A DNA stretch of 64,000 nucleotides from Amoebidium appalachense (GCA_963693365.1 CAVNZM010000001.1:19414125-19478124), one strand, 5' to 3'; positions 1 through 53,691 are shown, counted from the first letter of the stretch. The notes: a model not told the origin generated them from the sequence alone. Made by a program: numbers and translations.

Positions 1-37
1 CGCGCGCGCGCGAGCGTGTGTGTGTGTGTGTGTGTGC

Positions 38-116
<79 letters not shown>

Positions 117-238
117 GGGGGAGGGGGTAGAGTGTGGAAAGCGAGTGAGCAATGGGGGCCCCTTGCGCACATGTGGAAGTACTAGAAACATGAGAGGGAG
201 GCGCGGGGGCATGAGAAAAGGATGGGGATGGTACAGAC

Positions 239-18159
<17,921 letters not shown>

Positions 18160-18967
18160 GTTCACACATGGTGATCCACAAGCATCAACCTTTCGACAAA
18201 TTGAGGAAAAAACAACGCATGCCCCCAGGAAAATGGGAAGGCTTTCTTTATCTTAAAGGTTCACAGTGTGTATATTGGCTCCATTCGTTTGGTACCCAGC
18301 GAAACCGGGCCGACACCAAAACTGCTGTCACTTGATCTTGACTGCTGCAGTTCGTCTTTGTACCAACATGAATTTGACCTGAAATCGTGTAATCTTGCTA
18401 TTTTTTCTGGTTTTTGTGCAACATGTATACCTCAAGCGTCCATAAAACTTAACATTTATGGTGGCTGGCTTTGCTGCTCTTTATTTTGAGCCCTGACAGT
18501 CGGTGCGTCCGGGCGTGAGCTCAGCTTTGTACTTGTACTTGTACAGGCGGCTCAATTTTGAACGGGGCGCCAACGGGCGGCAACCGCCCTATCCGATTAG
18601 GCGATCGATTAGGTCAGGTTATGCGATTGTAAATGAAGCAAAAGATCGGTATCGACGTCTTGTTTTCCTCAAACGTTTGATCCAAGCTGGAATCGAACAA
18701 CAAATACACAGCTAACATAAGTACATGATGACCTACATAGACGTTTGTGCACCACAGATTCCTATTTTTATTATCAGGGCATTACGGAAGCAGAATCCAA
18801 TACGGAGGCCGAATTAGAGCAAGGTGTTTGGGAGAGAGGATGGATTTGGCAACGGTAGATATGTGGCGCGATTAGGTTAAGACAGAGTATGCATAGCTAC
18901 ATGCACAACTTCGGAATGAAGAAATCCGGGCGAACACAAGAAGGTAAGCAACGGTACATAATCAATC

Positions 18968-19044
<77 letters not shown>

Positions 19045-19534
19045 CGCGCGCGCGCGAGTGCGTGCGCGTGTGTGCCTGCGTGTGAGCACGCATGTGTGTG
19101 AAGTCGCCCTTAATCGGATAAATTCAAGCTATGTTGAATAGGGTTCTTGCAGCCTCAGGTCTGCTCGTTGTTGACGGAGCAGGGGGGGAAGAGATTCAGC
19201 TTGAGTTCAACTAGCCTGAACAACCGGGCATCGACACCGTCTGGGCTATACAAACATATAATCCTGTGCATTTGTTTTCGTTGCAGAGTCAACTTAAGTT
19301 ATGCCAAGGCTTGGTCTATTCTCACAAACAACTTACTTTGGGCTTCGGCTACCGCTATTTCGAACACGAGAGAATCATTTATGGGGCATTCCAAAATAAC
19401 ACCATCGCTTCTGAGTCTAAACAATCCAACTGAATATGAACAACATACTGAATGACTCAGATTGAACGATTGCAGTGTCCCCACAAACCTAATGTCTGCA
19501 CCTGTAATTTCGTAAAGTCGGACAGGTTGCCTGG

Positions 19535-19923
19535 TCATGCCCCTGCCTCTGGTTTCGACTGCTTGATGCCAGGGATAATTCCTTGTGTGGCTGAGGGGTC
19601 TTTGGAATGTCTTTCCAGCAGTTTCTCCATCACCTGTGGGCCCTAGCTATGAGTAATGGGGCAAACGTGGTTGTGATGAAGTAGTGAGGAGGTGAGTGAG
19701 GGAGGACGGTGGTAGATGAAGGGGGGAAAGGCTACGGGATGGAGAAGGAGGGATAGGAGCAGGATGAGAGGGGAGGGGGCGGGGCGGGGTGGGGGGTGGG
19801 GGGCGGGGGGAGGGTGCGGGGGAAGGGAGAAGGGGGTAAGGGGAGGGATTGTGTGTCTTCACCACAAGTAACACGACGTTGTGTGTGTGCGCACGCATGT
19901 GTCTGTGTGTGTGTGTGTTTGTG

Positions 19924-20005
<82 letters not shown>

Positions 20006-21049
20006 GTGCGTGTGTGTGTGTGTATGCGTGTGTGCGTGTTGGGGGAAGGAGACGAGGAAGCGAGAGGGTAGGAAGGGGGGGGAAAGGGGGGGGGGGGGGA
20101 TGAAAAGAAACGGGTTTGGGAAACACACGTGAATAGGTTGTGAGCATACTAATATAACGAGGATACAGGTTGGTGGCCATGGCCTTTACCAGGATATCGG
20201 TGCAGAGAGGTCTTTACCGAAATTGAATGAGCGCCGGCCGGATGGGTTGGGTTGGGGGGGGTTTTTTCTTCTTCTTTTTTTTTTTGGGGGGGGGGGGAGG
20301 GGGGGGGGGGGGGGGGGGGAGATATTGTGGGAGGCCGTAGGGTGTAAGCATCAAGGCATCAAATAAGAAAGGAAAATGCAAGGCCGCAATTAGATGGGGT
20401 ACAGCCCACCAGGCAACACAGAGTTAAAGCATGCAGGGGGGGGGGGGGGGGGGGGGGGGGGAGGGGGGGATCTATTGATCTATTCCAATCGAGTAGGGAA
20501 GAGATTGGACGGGAAGGGGGGGAGGGGGGAGGGGGGAGTGGTGGTGGTGGTGGTGGGGGAAGGGGGGGGGGGGGGGGGGGCAGGGAGAGGCAGGCGGGGA
20601 GGGGGGAGGGGGGCCGGGGCGGGGGGGAGGTGGGAGGTGGGGAGGAGGGGAAGGGGGGGGTTTGATACCTTAATGCCCTCGTGAGCCCCATGGGTGCAAT
20701 ATCTCACTATGAACATCTCAAGCATAGAGTTGATGAAAGGACCACACCCGTACACGTCCACAGTCCCTCTCTGCTTCAACGTAGTCCAATTGGGGTTTTC
20801 TTCACTCACGGCATATTCGCTCTTTTCGTACATGTGCCCGTATTCGATGTATGTTTGGTTTTGCGTAAATGTGGTCATTGTGCGTTTGTGTGAGTTTAGC
20901 TCGATGTCTTCTTCGACATAGAAGTACTTGTGACCAAGGAGCCTTCGTGCCAGTGCTGGCGCTGTGTTTTCGACTTTTGCAACGCGCTTGGTCTGTGTTG
21001 TGTGTATGTGTTGGGGGGGGGGGGGGGGGGGAGGGCGGGGAAGGAGGGG

Positions 21050-21084
<35 letters not shown>

Positions 21085-21455
21085 CGTGTGTGTGTGTGTG
21101 CATACGTGTGTGCCTTGTGGGGGGGGAGGGGTGGAGAGGGGGGTGGGAGTTAGGGAGGGGGATCAGGTGGGGACTACCAGCCTCAGGGGAGGTGAGGGGA
21201 GAGGGAGACACGTGAGTGGGAGGAAGTGGCTGTGTGCATACGTATGTGTGTGGGCCGAAATTTAGCCGGAGTGGGCAAAAAAAAGCTGGCACGTGGGGAC
21301 GAGGAGGACGAGAGCCAGAGGGCTATGGGGGGAAGGGGGGGGACTCAACACGTGAAAGATTCGAGCTTTCAGGGTCATATGACTGGGCAGTGCCGACAAA
21401 TAAGCAGCTTAAATTAGGCCTGGCTGTTGGAAGACGGCGGGGAGGAGGACGAGAA

Positions 21456-21494
<39 letters not shown>

Positions 21495-21750
21495 AAATAT
21501 GGCCACTCGGACACCCGTGGTCGACCAGAAAGAAGGATGAGAGAAGATTGCCATTTAAAAATAAGAGAACAGAAAGTAGAGTGCCGTGCACAACAAGCAG
21601 CAAAGTGATAGCAGGGGGAAGAAGTAAAGCTGAAAACATGTGCAGTACAGATGTCCAAGTGTAACAGGAAGAGAGGAGAATGGGAAAGAAGACGGAGAGG
21701 GGGAGGGCGAGGGCGGGACAAGGGAGGGGTATGGCTCAGGTCGAAGGGAA

Positions 21751-21783
<33 letters not shown>

Positions 21784-22222
21784 AGGAGGGGTGGAGGGGG
21801 CGAAGGGGGGGCCCAAAAACAGGAAGAAAAAGTAATAAGGGAAGGGAAGGCACTACGGGGAAAAGGAGGATGGGTGGGAGGAGAAGGGGAAGAGGGGCGG
21901 GGGGAGGGGAGGGGGGGGAGGGGGGGAGGGGGGGGGGGGGGGGGGGGATCGCGTGTATTGAGCGAAACGGATGGGAGGAGGGAGAGGCAAGGAGGAGGGG
22001 AGGAGGGGGGAAGGAAAAGGAGGAGGGGGAGGGGGGGGGGGGGAGGCTGGTGGGGGGGGGGGGGGGGGGGGTCAGCACCTTCAGGCACTCTGCGTCCAGG
22101 TGCTGCTCCTCTATGCGTATCTCTACCACCTCAGGAGTCTCGCTGTGCTTGTTCCAGTATGTCTCTGCCACCTGCTCGAACGGATACTTGTACGTGTGAA
22201 ATATATCTGCTGACCGCGGCAT
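19535..22222 (-). CDS. PRELID2: PRELI domain-containing protein 2-like, 188 aa. Exons 22222-22079, 20992-20669, 19633-19535
   Basis: HTYKYPFEQVAETY...KRVAKVEN...YEKSEYAVSEENPNWTTLKQRG...LEMF...GAHEGIK|VMEKLL parallels PRELID2 motifs (YKYPFEQV, MENPNWT..QRG, GAQKGIRIMEMLL). Both introns are GT-AG, phase 0. Confidence 0.88.
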
Positions 22223-22573
22223 TTTCTTGGTTGTTTAAACACAACCAACCCTGTATGATGAACTTAGAGACTGGAAGAGAGTGTGAGGAGGACCTGATGG
22301 TGCTTAGATTTTAGAGCATACGTACAAGTGCTTCAATACAGTTTGAGCAGCGTTCAACAAGCAACAAGGACGCCTCTGCGATGGTGAAGAATAGGGTAGA
22401 CGGCTCCGTGTTGTGCTCAACTATTCGTGCTAAAAAAATTACAAGACAGGAAAAAGCAAATACCGTAAAAATCCGGTCAGTCGGGAAAACGAACACAACA
22501 ACTATTTTGATCCAGCCTGTTCAATGTCTTGCTACGTGCACAGTGACGAACGTTGTTGTGGTACCGGTGCAAC

Positions 22574-23445
22574 CAGGGATGTGTCGGGTTGGGTCGACCC
22601 GAGAACCAACCCGGCCGGGTCGGCGTTACCCAACCCCGACCCGGGGCATTTTTGCTCAAACCCGGTCGGCTTTATGACCCGGCGGGTCAGACCCGTACCC
22701 AGCCCGACCGATGGCTCTGACCCGGTCAGTTCCCGCCGGGTCAGGGTAAAGCATGATATATTAACCATAATAAGTAGTAAATTTGGATTGATTAATTAAT
22801 TGGTTTTCAGGGATTGCACAGTGAACTAATAACAATACAATATTTTAATCATGTCCATATATGGTAGTATAAACATTGCCGAGGCATAGTTAGCTACAGT
22901 AGTAGAGTACTGAGGCTAGGCTAGCGCTTTAATATAAAAAGAGAAAGAAAAAGAAAAAGAAAAAAGAGAGAGACAATCGTAACTGCTGTGCACGTTACGT
23001 TGTGTTTGCATATAATTAGTCACCACTACCAAGCTCTATATAATCAAGTAAGCCGCAAGCACACGAGCACTGTCTGTTCACATGTAGACACCATGCGTGG
23101 AAAAGCCACACACACACCGCGAGCACATGTGCACACACAGCACGCACGCACGCAAGCATATCACACACACACACACACGTGCACACACAAACACACACAC
23201 ACACACACATGAATACATGTACACACGTATATGGCCAGTCCGGGCGAACACCCGAGGTTTTCGCATTTGGTAACCCGCGGGTCAACCCGATCACAAGGGT
23301 CCAAGACCCGAGAACCAACCCGGCCCGGACCGAATAAAAGACGACCCGGCCCGAGATCCACCCGGCCTTTGCGTAAACCCGCCCGAGACCACGGCCCTCT
23401 GAAAAAAAGACGAGACCCACCCGGCCAGTGACCGACACATCCCTG
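22574..23445. mobile_element. Non-autonomous hAT-superfamily element (MITE), about 870 bp
   Basis: 14-bp terminal inverted repeat CAGGGATGTGTCGG / CCGACACATCCCTG with an Ac-like CAGGGATG start. 8-bp flanks GGTGCAAC / GTGGCAAC form an imperfect TSD. Dense subterminal ACCCG/CGGGT repeats at both ends, including GACCCGAGAACCAACCCGGCC twice. No transposase ORF. Confidence 0.8.
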
Positions 23446-24485
23446 GTGGCAACGCGGCCAGGATTGGCACAGATCTGGGTTGGAATGTCGTTTGTTTACG
23501 TTTTCCTAAAATAGGCTATCTTGTTACCGTAAAAAGCTACTAAACCGCATACCAATTGGTAGATATGACGTGCAATTTGATTGGATTACACACCCAACCG
23601 GCACACATGGCAGCGAATTAGAATGCTTGCCGGTGACATCACCGGTGAAACTATTTTAGCAATAAACTAAGTGTATTAAACATGTTTACTTTAAAGACTT
23701 ATAATATAAAGCGTTATTGATCTTGACTTTTACTATCACGCTTTTGTTGATACTTTGTAGTTGGTGATTTCCGGCGGGGCTTCAAATACTGGGTGAACGA
23801 ACAGTCGAACACCAGTGTCACCGTGTGCACACGGCGTACAAAGCATGCAACATTCACTCTCGTTCTGGTAAGAAATATGGTATTACTTAGGTGAGTTATA
23901 ATATATTATTCATATAATAATACGTAGAATTCAGCATTATTTACAGCCAAACGGAAAGCAGTGTGGAAATGGAGCAATGATAAGTCGACCTCAATCGACT
24001 GTGCAGTTCCATACCCTGCATGTGACCTTGACAGCTGTGCACATTCCGAATTCATCACTTTTTTCTCTTGAACCTTTTTTTTGACAACACAACTTTTGTT
24101 GGTGAAGAGAAAGACCGGTTGAAACGATATTTTTTTTATTATTCGGTAAGTATTGCTTCAAGCTGGTTTTTATTTTTTACCGCTGGGTATGCAAAGAGAA
24201 TAATATTCGTATTGTCTGCGTAAGGTTGTTTCTTAAAAAAATGGCGCATCGGATCCAAGATCTCAAGCCCTCCGTTCTACCCGTGCCAGTCATGGTTCCT
24301 GGGGGTTATGGTTTAAACAGTTAGTGACTGCTGCATTTGGGACGTGGCACGGGTGATGTGTCAGTGATGACCTTTTGGGGGCGGGAGGCTTCCACCAGAA
24401 AGAAAGGGGCAGGAGATGGGGGAAGAGAGATGAATTATTAGGGAAGGGGAGGGGGTGGGGTGGGGGGAGGAGGGGGGTGGGGGGT

Positions 24486-24536
<51 letters not shown>

Positions 24537-24696
24537 GGGGGGAGGGACATAGTGGAGAAGAAACTTCTTCTCCAAGGAATTATATTGGACTTATTCTGCT
24601 GGTAACCATTGGTCGCCTGTACATGGTATTTGCCAACAGTTCAATGGTGGCTCTCATAGGCTCACACTTGCTCCCCCACTGTGTCCAGGCACTAAG

Positions 24697-32302
<7,606 letters not shown>

Positions 32303-32757
32303 CGGTTGTAGAGTTGCTTCGTAGGACTGGTAATGTTGGCTTATCGGCTGCTCTACAAAGTTTAACTCCGTGGATACCTACCTGTTCAGGCGAGAGATTT
32401 GCAAGCTTGCCCGTGACAGAGTGATTCAAGTGTGGCTAAGCCGTTTTTATAGCAGGTAGATGTTGGTATCTTAGAAGTGTGTTGTGCAGTGTTATATTTT
32501 TATTGTAGTTTTTATGTATGTGGCATGGCTACTGTGCTACTTGTAATTTGCTTGCATGATCCGTTTAAAGACGGGGGCCTGCACAGAGCCATTTACTCCA
32601 CTGTGATCATTGTTTGCTTCAAAAGTGCATGGCAGCGCAGTGTGTGTTAGCAGTCACTCTTTTCTACTTCCAAGGGCACTGCTGGACCAGCATATTTTTA
32701 AATCGATTAAAAAAATGCAAACCTCAGAATTCATGAACCGCGGCCGACGGCCTCCCC

Positions 32758-32804
<47 letters not shown>

Positions 32805-33273
32805 ACACACACACCACCAACACCAACACCAACACCAACACCATTATACACTCAGGAATAAGATGTCTATTATTAGGTCTTAACAAACGTTAAAAATGTA
32901 TAACACCTAAATACATATAACCTTCCTGTAGAACTGGTCTTCTCTAGCTGATGGTACTATTGATCAATTACCACGCTTTTACTGTACACGTGCTATACAG
33001 TGGAGATCTAATAAGATAGTATAAGGTGGCATCGTTTGCATGCCCAAACAACACACACACACACCAGTTTAAACGGTCATGTATCGCCAAATGTAGTGTG
33101 ATAGAAAACATAATACCGCAACACACACACACGACACATTCACAACAGACACACAGAAAGATAGCCTACCTGAAAATTACAACATCCTTGATTTTATACT
33201 AAACACACGTAACTATGACCTGTTTATTAGATGTATTGATTGGCTTGAGAAACACATCATTACATAATTCTAG

Positions 33274-33341
<68 letters not shown>

Positions 33342-33381
33342 AGCCGATACCGAGTGTCTCAGGGGAGCAGAGCCCCGGGAA

Positions 33382-33412
<31 letters not shown>

Positions 33413-33831
33413 AAAAGAAAAAAAGGGAACCCAACTAATTGATTTTTCTTAGTCTTTATGGTGCCTCGTAGAGAAAGTACTGTAAACCCTGATATATAAT
33501 CATTACCCGACATTTATGTACTTGATCATGATATACCGCTGAGGGGATACTCCGAGCAAAACCCCCCCATACCTGAGACTGGTCTCTCTTTGCCTCGAGT
33601 AAACAGCGTAAACCCCATGGGCATATCCGTTACATGCCGAAAAAACCACTAATAATTTGCCTTGAAGTTCTTGTAGCACAAAAGCAGTCAGGTAGGGATA
33701 TGAAATAAGATTGTGTGTAAATTTTGCCTTGCCGTTGAATCTAATAGATGTCAAGTTGACGGTCAATCTGAGTTACTTCACCAATTACAACATTATTATT
33801 TTAAAGCTTGTCCGTCATTGGCTGTCATCAC

Positions 33832-36879
<3,048 letters not shown>

Positions 36880-37952
36880 TGTATCCGTTTGTGCAAGTGT
36901 GTGTATGTGATGTATGTATGTAGAAGGGAAGAAAGAAAGGTATGATGAGGTAAAAAAGAGTAGGCAGGCTGCTAAGCCAAAAGAGATGGTCTATAAAGCA
37001 TGCGTTAGCCAGTCCCGTATTAGGCACAGCCAGGCAACATACAAACAATAGCGAGCTATGAATCTCAGCACCGAACTAAAGGAAACGAAAACGAGGATGA
37101 GTCCTCTTGAGTTTTAGTGCTCTCGAACCGAGTTTGGAGAACACAGGAATGTAACTATAGAAAACACCGATCATCCCTTAAAAATGGCACTTTCTTGTAG
37201 CAAACGGACGCGCACAGAAAAGAGAAGTGGTGTGACCTGGTTCTACACGCAGGCATTTAGTTTCATGCCAAGAAACCCTTACTTCAACGGCTGGAATGAA
37301 TTCTAGCTGGGATGCATACATATATCCCGGAAAGCCGTGCCCAGAATCCCTCCCGTATGCCAGAGTGTAGTCGACAAAATGTAGACTCTGGTGGGGTTGA
37401 CAGTTTCTTGACATGGTGCCGGTCATCGTAGATTGATCCCTCTAGAACCAGGAGGCTACGGACATGATAGTTGCAGCTTTGGATAGCGTTTCGCATGGAT
37501 ATCAGTTTTTTTCCCGCTTTCTTCAATGTTAAGGAGGTAATGACGTCATCAGCGTCCAGTTGGTCCCAAAATGACGTCATTATTGCGTCACTGTTATCAA
37601 AACTAATCGGAGATGTGGATCGCGATTTCGGAACGATCCTGCAAGTCCCCCCCGTCTCGAAAATTTTTATATATATATAAATAATGACTTTATTGATGTG
37701 CTCATATGTTCGAAGGACATGAAAAAGGGATATCCCAGATATCTCGAGAGACGATTTTCGAGTCACTCAAATCAGAAGTAGGGTCACTGAAATACGGACG
37801 TCGACCCAGAGGTATAAAAGTACAAATAAACACTAAAGGCAGGAGTGAAAACGAAAAGTTGATATCTCGGCTGCCATGGCCACAACAAAGAAGACCTGTG
37901 TACGACTGCATCTGGCGGAAACCCGCTAATTCAAAAATGGGGGAATTATTTT

Positions 37953-38013
37953 AAGGGGACTAGGGCATCCAATCAATCGGTCCCAAATTTAAAGGGGACT
38001 AGGGCATCCAATC
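37953..38013. repeat. 22-bp direct repeat AAGGGGACTAGGGCATCCAATC x2, each overlapping or following TTAA; possible DNA-transposon end remnant
   Basis: Copies at 37953-37974 and 37992-38013. The neighbouring region 37540-37870 has short palindromes (ATGACGTCAT twice, GATATC/CTCGAG). Confidence 0.5.
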
Positions 38014-38561
38014 GACTTATATGACTTCCAAAAATCGGATCGTCTAAGCCAGCGAATCAACTTCGGTAACGGTCAATCCAAGCCGTTGCGGCAGAAAGAA
38101 CTGGTATGCTCAGCGGGTTGTTCCAACTGGGGGGGTTTACACACTTTTTATTGCCTTACATCGGACTTAATCGCAGTAATCATAGCGCGAAACCGTGCAA
38201 TAAAGCAGTATGAGGATAGTATAACACCATATTCAAAAGCTTGCGCTCGTTTCTACTAGAAAAAGCGCGCTTTGTTCTTTAGCTATTGGGGCGGTAGATT
38301 CACCGCCCGCTACAGAAATTTTACCGCGCTCATAATCAGATCGACGAAAAAGGAAAGAGATCGGAATGCCGAAATCGGGCCCCCGAGCGTTAGCGCATTT
38401 GGCGCTATGAATCCGTTACTCAGTATCCTTCTTTCACAACGGCAGCCCCATGGGTGCGGTCAAATAACGCCTGAAGTAGTCGACCAAAGGGAAGTGGGAA
38501 CCCTCGAGTCGCCAACTTATGCCAAAGCAAATTCGTCGGAACCGTGTCGTAGTCATTCTTA

Positions 38562-39703
38562 GGGCCTGTTTGGCAACGTGGGTTAGTGTAATCTGGATTT
38601 CGGGGGATATCTGGATATCAAAATCGAGATCCAGATTATGCTGCAGAATCCGGATCTCAGCCGAAACCTGGGTTAAGCCGGGTAGATAACCCATGGATGC
38701 CAAACAGCCCACGTACGATTTCGGGTTAGATTTGCTCTGCAGCTGTCACGCTGTTCATCACCGGTCGGTGACTTGCAATTGCACAAGACCCGCTACACAT
38801 ATACACCATAGTGATAAGCAGTAATAAACCACGAAAGTGCTGAGTTGTATACGGTTTTATTTGAGACACTCACCATGTATGCAGCCCGGAACATAGCCGT
38901 TTTGGCTGCGATTGCAGCCTTTCCATTTCCTTTCCTTTCCTTTCCTTTCCATTCCTTTCCATTCCATTGAGCCTTTTTAAGGCTCTTGCCTCCCGAATCA
39001 AGTTTCCTGAGTGAGAGGCTAAGAAAATCGTCTACAACGAACTTGCTTTCTTCTCCCGTAAATCTCATACGTGTCTTTTCAACCGCCTCAGTCGACGGTT
39101 TGGCTGACTGTGGGGGACTGTCACTCTGTGATTCGATGTTGAGGTTTGCAGGCATCTTGTCGGTTCAAACAAGATTATCTACAAGTGTACTGTGCTACTG
39201 GAAGACTCGGGCTGGACGGCCGCAGAGGGTAGGAAAAGAATGAGAAGTGAGGTGCGTGTCTGTTTTTATAACGTTCCCCACGTGCAAGTCCGTGCGTTGG
39301 TGCAGGTGTCGCAGTTCAAGGCACAGCTGTCGCAGCCCACTCAGTATCCACATGCTGCCAGCAACGGAAGTTTGGTTTGGCGCCCTTTCAACAATCCTTT
39401 TTTGGCCACTTCAAACTATCGACGATTGGTGCAAAAGGACACCATATATAGTTCCATAAAATGAACATTCATTGGGTCGGACATTCAGGACCTGAAAGGA
39501 TTTCGCGCTAATCCACCTCCCGAGGTGGATTAGTGGAATCCAGATTACGGCCATGTCCGAGGGGTTTGAAACCCAGATTTACGTGACCGGATCTGGCCGT
39601 CTGTTTGGCAGCGGCTGGATTTTGAGATTTGGATTTAGCGCTAAACCCAAAATCGCCCGTAATCCGGATTTAGGACCCTAAACCCGGGTTGCCAAACAGG
39701 CCC
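38562..39703. mobile_element. PIF/Harbinger (Tourist-like) non-autonomous element, 1142 bp
   Basis: Perfect 16-bp TIR GGGCCTGTTTGGCAAC (38562-38577) / GTTGCCAAACAGGCCC (39688-39703). TTA on both flanks (38559-61 and 39704-06) is the Harbinger TWA TSD. Subterminal GGATT/AATCC repeats are present. Confidence 0.9.
38793..39155 (-). pseudogene. Myb/SANT-like DNA-binding ORF remnant inside the Harbinger element
   Basis: RMRFTGEESKFVVDDFL...GGKSLKKAQW...AAIAAK fits the MADF/Myb-SANT pattern (W/F-T-x-E-E...KK..W..IA). It is interrupted by a (GGAAA/GGAAT)n repeat. Harbingers are known to encode a Myb/SANT protein. Confidence 0.5.
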
Positions 39704-39937
39704 TTAAGGTCGATGGAGCAAACCTCGCGACATCCCGAACGGATGGTGTCGTGTAAAAGAAGAGCATGAGTAAAACACGAATAAGCATGCCGAAACCCGC
39801 CCTGAATGTTGCTTATTCGCCATACATTGGATAAGGTCTCATGTTTGTGGAAGGCGCGCAAATTTTTTTGTCTGGCCTAGTGGCCGCTGGAAGGTCTATA
39901 TATTGTGTATATATATACCTATACATATATATAGCAA

Positions 39938-39982
<45 letters not shown>

Positions 39983-40768
39983 GATATCACGTTACCTTTT
40001 TTGGCAGCATGTACATATGTGAGCGCTGTGGCTGGCAATGACAAGGTTTAGGGTGATTCCTTCAATTCCTCACTCACACGGAAAACAATTAGGGTTTTTC
40101 AGGAAGGCCTGAGAAGAAAGGCTCGGGGGTTTTTTTTCCCCTCCTCCCCAGGGGCTATACATATGTACACTAAGATTGCACCTCTGGAGTATGATTTACG
40201 CGAGTTTAGTAAATCTGACATTATTATAATTAAAATAAATGACCGAAAGCATTCCTTTCAACATCACAGCAGTACATGCAATGAACAATTACAATCACCA
40301 GGGCGGGGCGTAAACGAAACCTTGCACAAATCCCAGGATATTCTTTTATTTATGCAATAATTTCCGTCTTTGCTCGCTATATGTAGCTCCCTCACCTGCA
40401 CAAAATAACGAGCTAACGGACGGACGCAAATAAGATTTCTCGTTCCGCCCTTCAAGGCCTTCAAGTTCTTGGTGTTTGGTAGTTTCGCACAACTTGTGGT
40501 GCCTTCCTCCCTTTGTTAGTATTAGCTGTACCAGCAACATGCACGGTCTATAGGCAAGCACGTTGTTGTACTAGAAACTTGCACGTTCAATAGGCTTTCT
40601 ATTCGCACAAGACACAGTTTTCGCGGGCGGGAAGGCGGCGCGCCCTGTGTGGAACGAGTTGCTTTTTGCAAGACATCGAAATCATCATTAGTGTGCAGGA
40701 CCAACTAAGACACAATAAACCAGGTCATACGCATGCTATAGCTAGCATATTACCTATGTCTTTTAAAA

Positions 40769-52032
<11,264 letters not shown>

Positions 52033-52121
52033 GGCCCCGGTGGATCATATGTCTAGCCAGCATACATGTTGGTGGCCGTGTTTTCTTTCTTTTGAACGTT
52101 TGTCGTGCTGCCTTTGGGGGT

Positions 52122-52155
<34 letters not shown>

Positions 52156-52898
52156 GAAACATTTCTCCTCTCTTGTTTTCCTTTGATTATATCCTGGTAT
52201 ATATACCGTAAGGCACGCTCGAGTCGTTTTTTCCAGAGCCACCTTTAGGTATATTGTATCACCGAAGACATGGTTTGGCTGGTATGAGGCGATGTTTGGT
52301 TCATCAAACGGTGGTATCACTGGCTATTTTTCATTTCGGAACTACTGTTTCTGTGTGTTTTCATCTATGTTTGAAGTTTGAGGTGGATTACTGTTTCGGT
52401 TTCCTCAGTCTCGATCCATATTATGTTTTGCTGCAAGTAGGGAACACGAGGTTTTTTGATACATATAGTTGTTTATGATTAGTGTGCGTATGTGTATGAA
52501 AAAATGAACGAAGCTGTGTCTGTCATGATGATGAGTGTGTGTGTGTGTGATAAATGCATGAAATGCGTCTACGTATGTATATGCGAATCTGTGGTCTCAA
52601 CGATTGTGTGTAAATATTGCTGGTAGGTGTACTTCCTACGCGGTAGTGTAGCGACCCACATACTATGAATATGTTTATGCTGTTAGACTGACCTTATTAT
52701 CTGTTCATGAAAGTGTTCAAGTGCCTCATCCCGGCAATTTTTGATATGAAAGGTTTACTGGCGGCGAGATTTGCATGGTTCTGATTTTAGAAGCTGTGTG
52801 GCCGGGCTACAAATCATATTAAATCCGTCTGGTCCGTATGAAGCATTTAAATCCGTAAGGAAGTGTTGTTATTGTCGTTGCGTCCCCCCCCCCCCCCA

Positions 52899-52946
<48 letters not shown>

Positions 52947-53205
52947 ACACACACAAATAATAATAATAATAATAATAATAAAACGAAAGCCGCAAGAGAA
53001 AAAAAGAAAAAAAATAAGTCCCTATGGATGGCCTTCTAGGCTTGTTCCTATTTATCCGTTGCCCCCCCACACACATATATCCCCACCACCCCCCAATATA
53101 TATATATATATATATATCATAGTATATATATATATATATATATATATAAAGGCGGGGGGGGCGGGGGGGAGCCCCAGATATGAGATAAGAAACTTGTCTC
53201 TTGAG

Positions 53206-53317
<112 letters not shown>

Positions 53318-53392
53318 GGAGAGAGGAGGGAGAGAGAGCTGGGGGGGCCGGGGGGGGGGAGAGAGGTGTGTGTTGTGTGTTTGCCGGGGAAA

Positions 53393-53630
53393 GAGTCAGC
53401 GCGTGAGTCACATGAGTCCTCGCGAGTGAGTCCACGATCTCAGTCGAGTGAGTTCTCGCGAGAACGTAATAGTGCGAGAACTCACTCGCAAGATCGACAC
53501 TCACTGTCACTCACACGCTGTTCACCAGGAGTACTAGTGAGTGAGTGCGAGTCCTCAATGACTCCTCACTTGACTTGCGAGAACTCACTCACTCCTAGAG
53601 TCGAGCGTCCATAATTGTGAGGACTTACTC
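53393..53630. repeat. Cluster of inverted GAGTGAGT/ACTCACTC and CTCGCGAG motifs; probable MITE subterminal remnant
   Basis: CGAGTGAGTTCTCGC (53445) is inverted at GCGAGAACTCACTCG (53473) and again at 53577. The segment ends ACTCACTCACTCCTA, a hAT-like TAGG end on the minus strand. No matching other end was found. Confidence 0.45.
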
Positions 53631-53691
53631 GCTTGGACAGCTGCAGATGCTCGCTCGGCGCGCACATGCCGGTTTTTGGTTTTTTACGTCC

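Noticed and set aside
18280-18600. RFX X-box upstream of CEP135
   Set aside because: Only half-sites or degenerate matches (GGCAAC, GTTTCGCTGGGTAC) are present, which cannot be distinguished from chance.
18586-19120. MITE bounded by TATCCGATTA / TAATCGGATA
   Set aside because: The inverted match is only about 10 bp and no TSD is evident.
37284-37766. 160-aa minus-strand ORF
   Set aside because: It has no recognisable domain, starts at a non-ATG codon and overlaps palindromic repeat-like DNA.
39370-39410. RIVERA peptide on the minus strand as a Harbinger transposase remnant
   Set aside because: The match is six residues with no surrounding DDE motifs.
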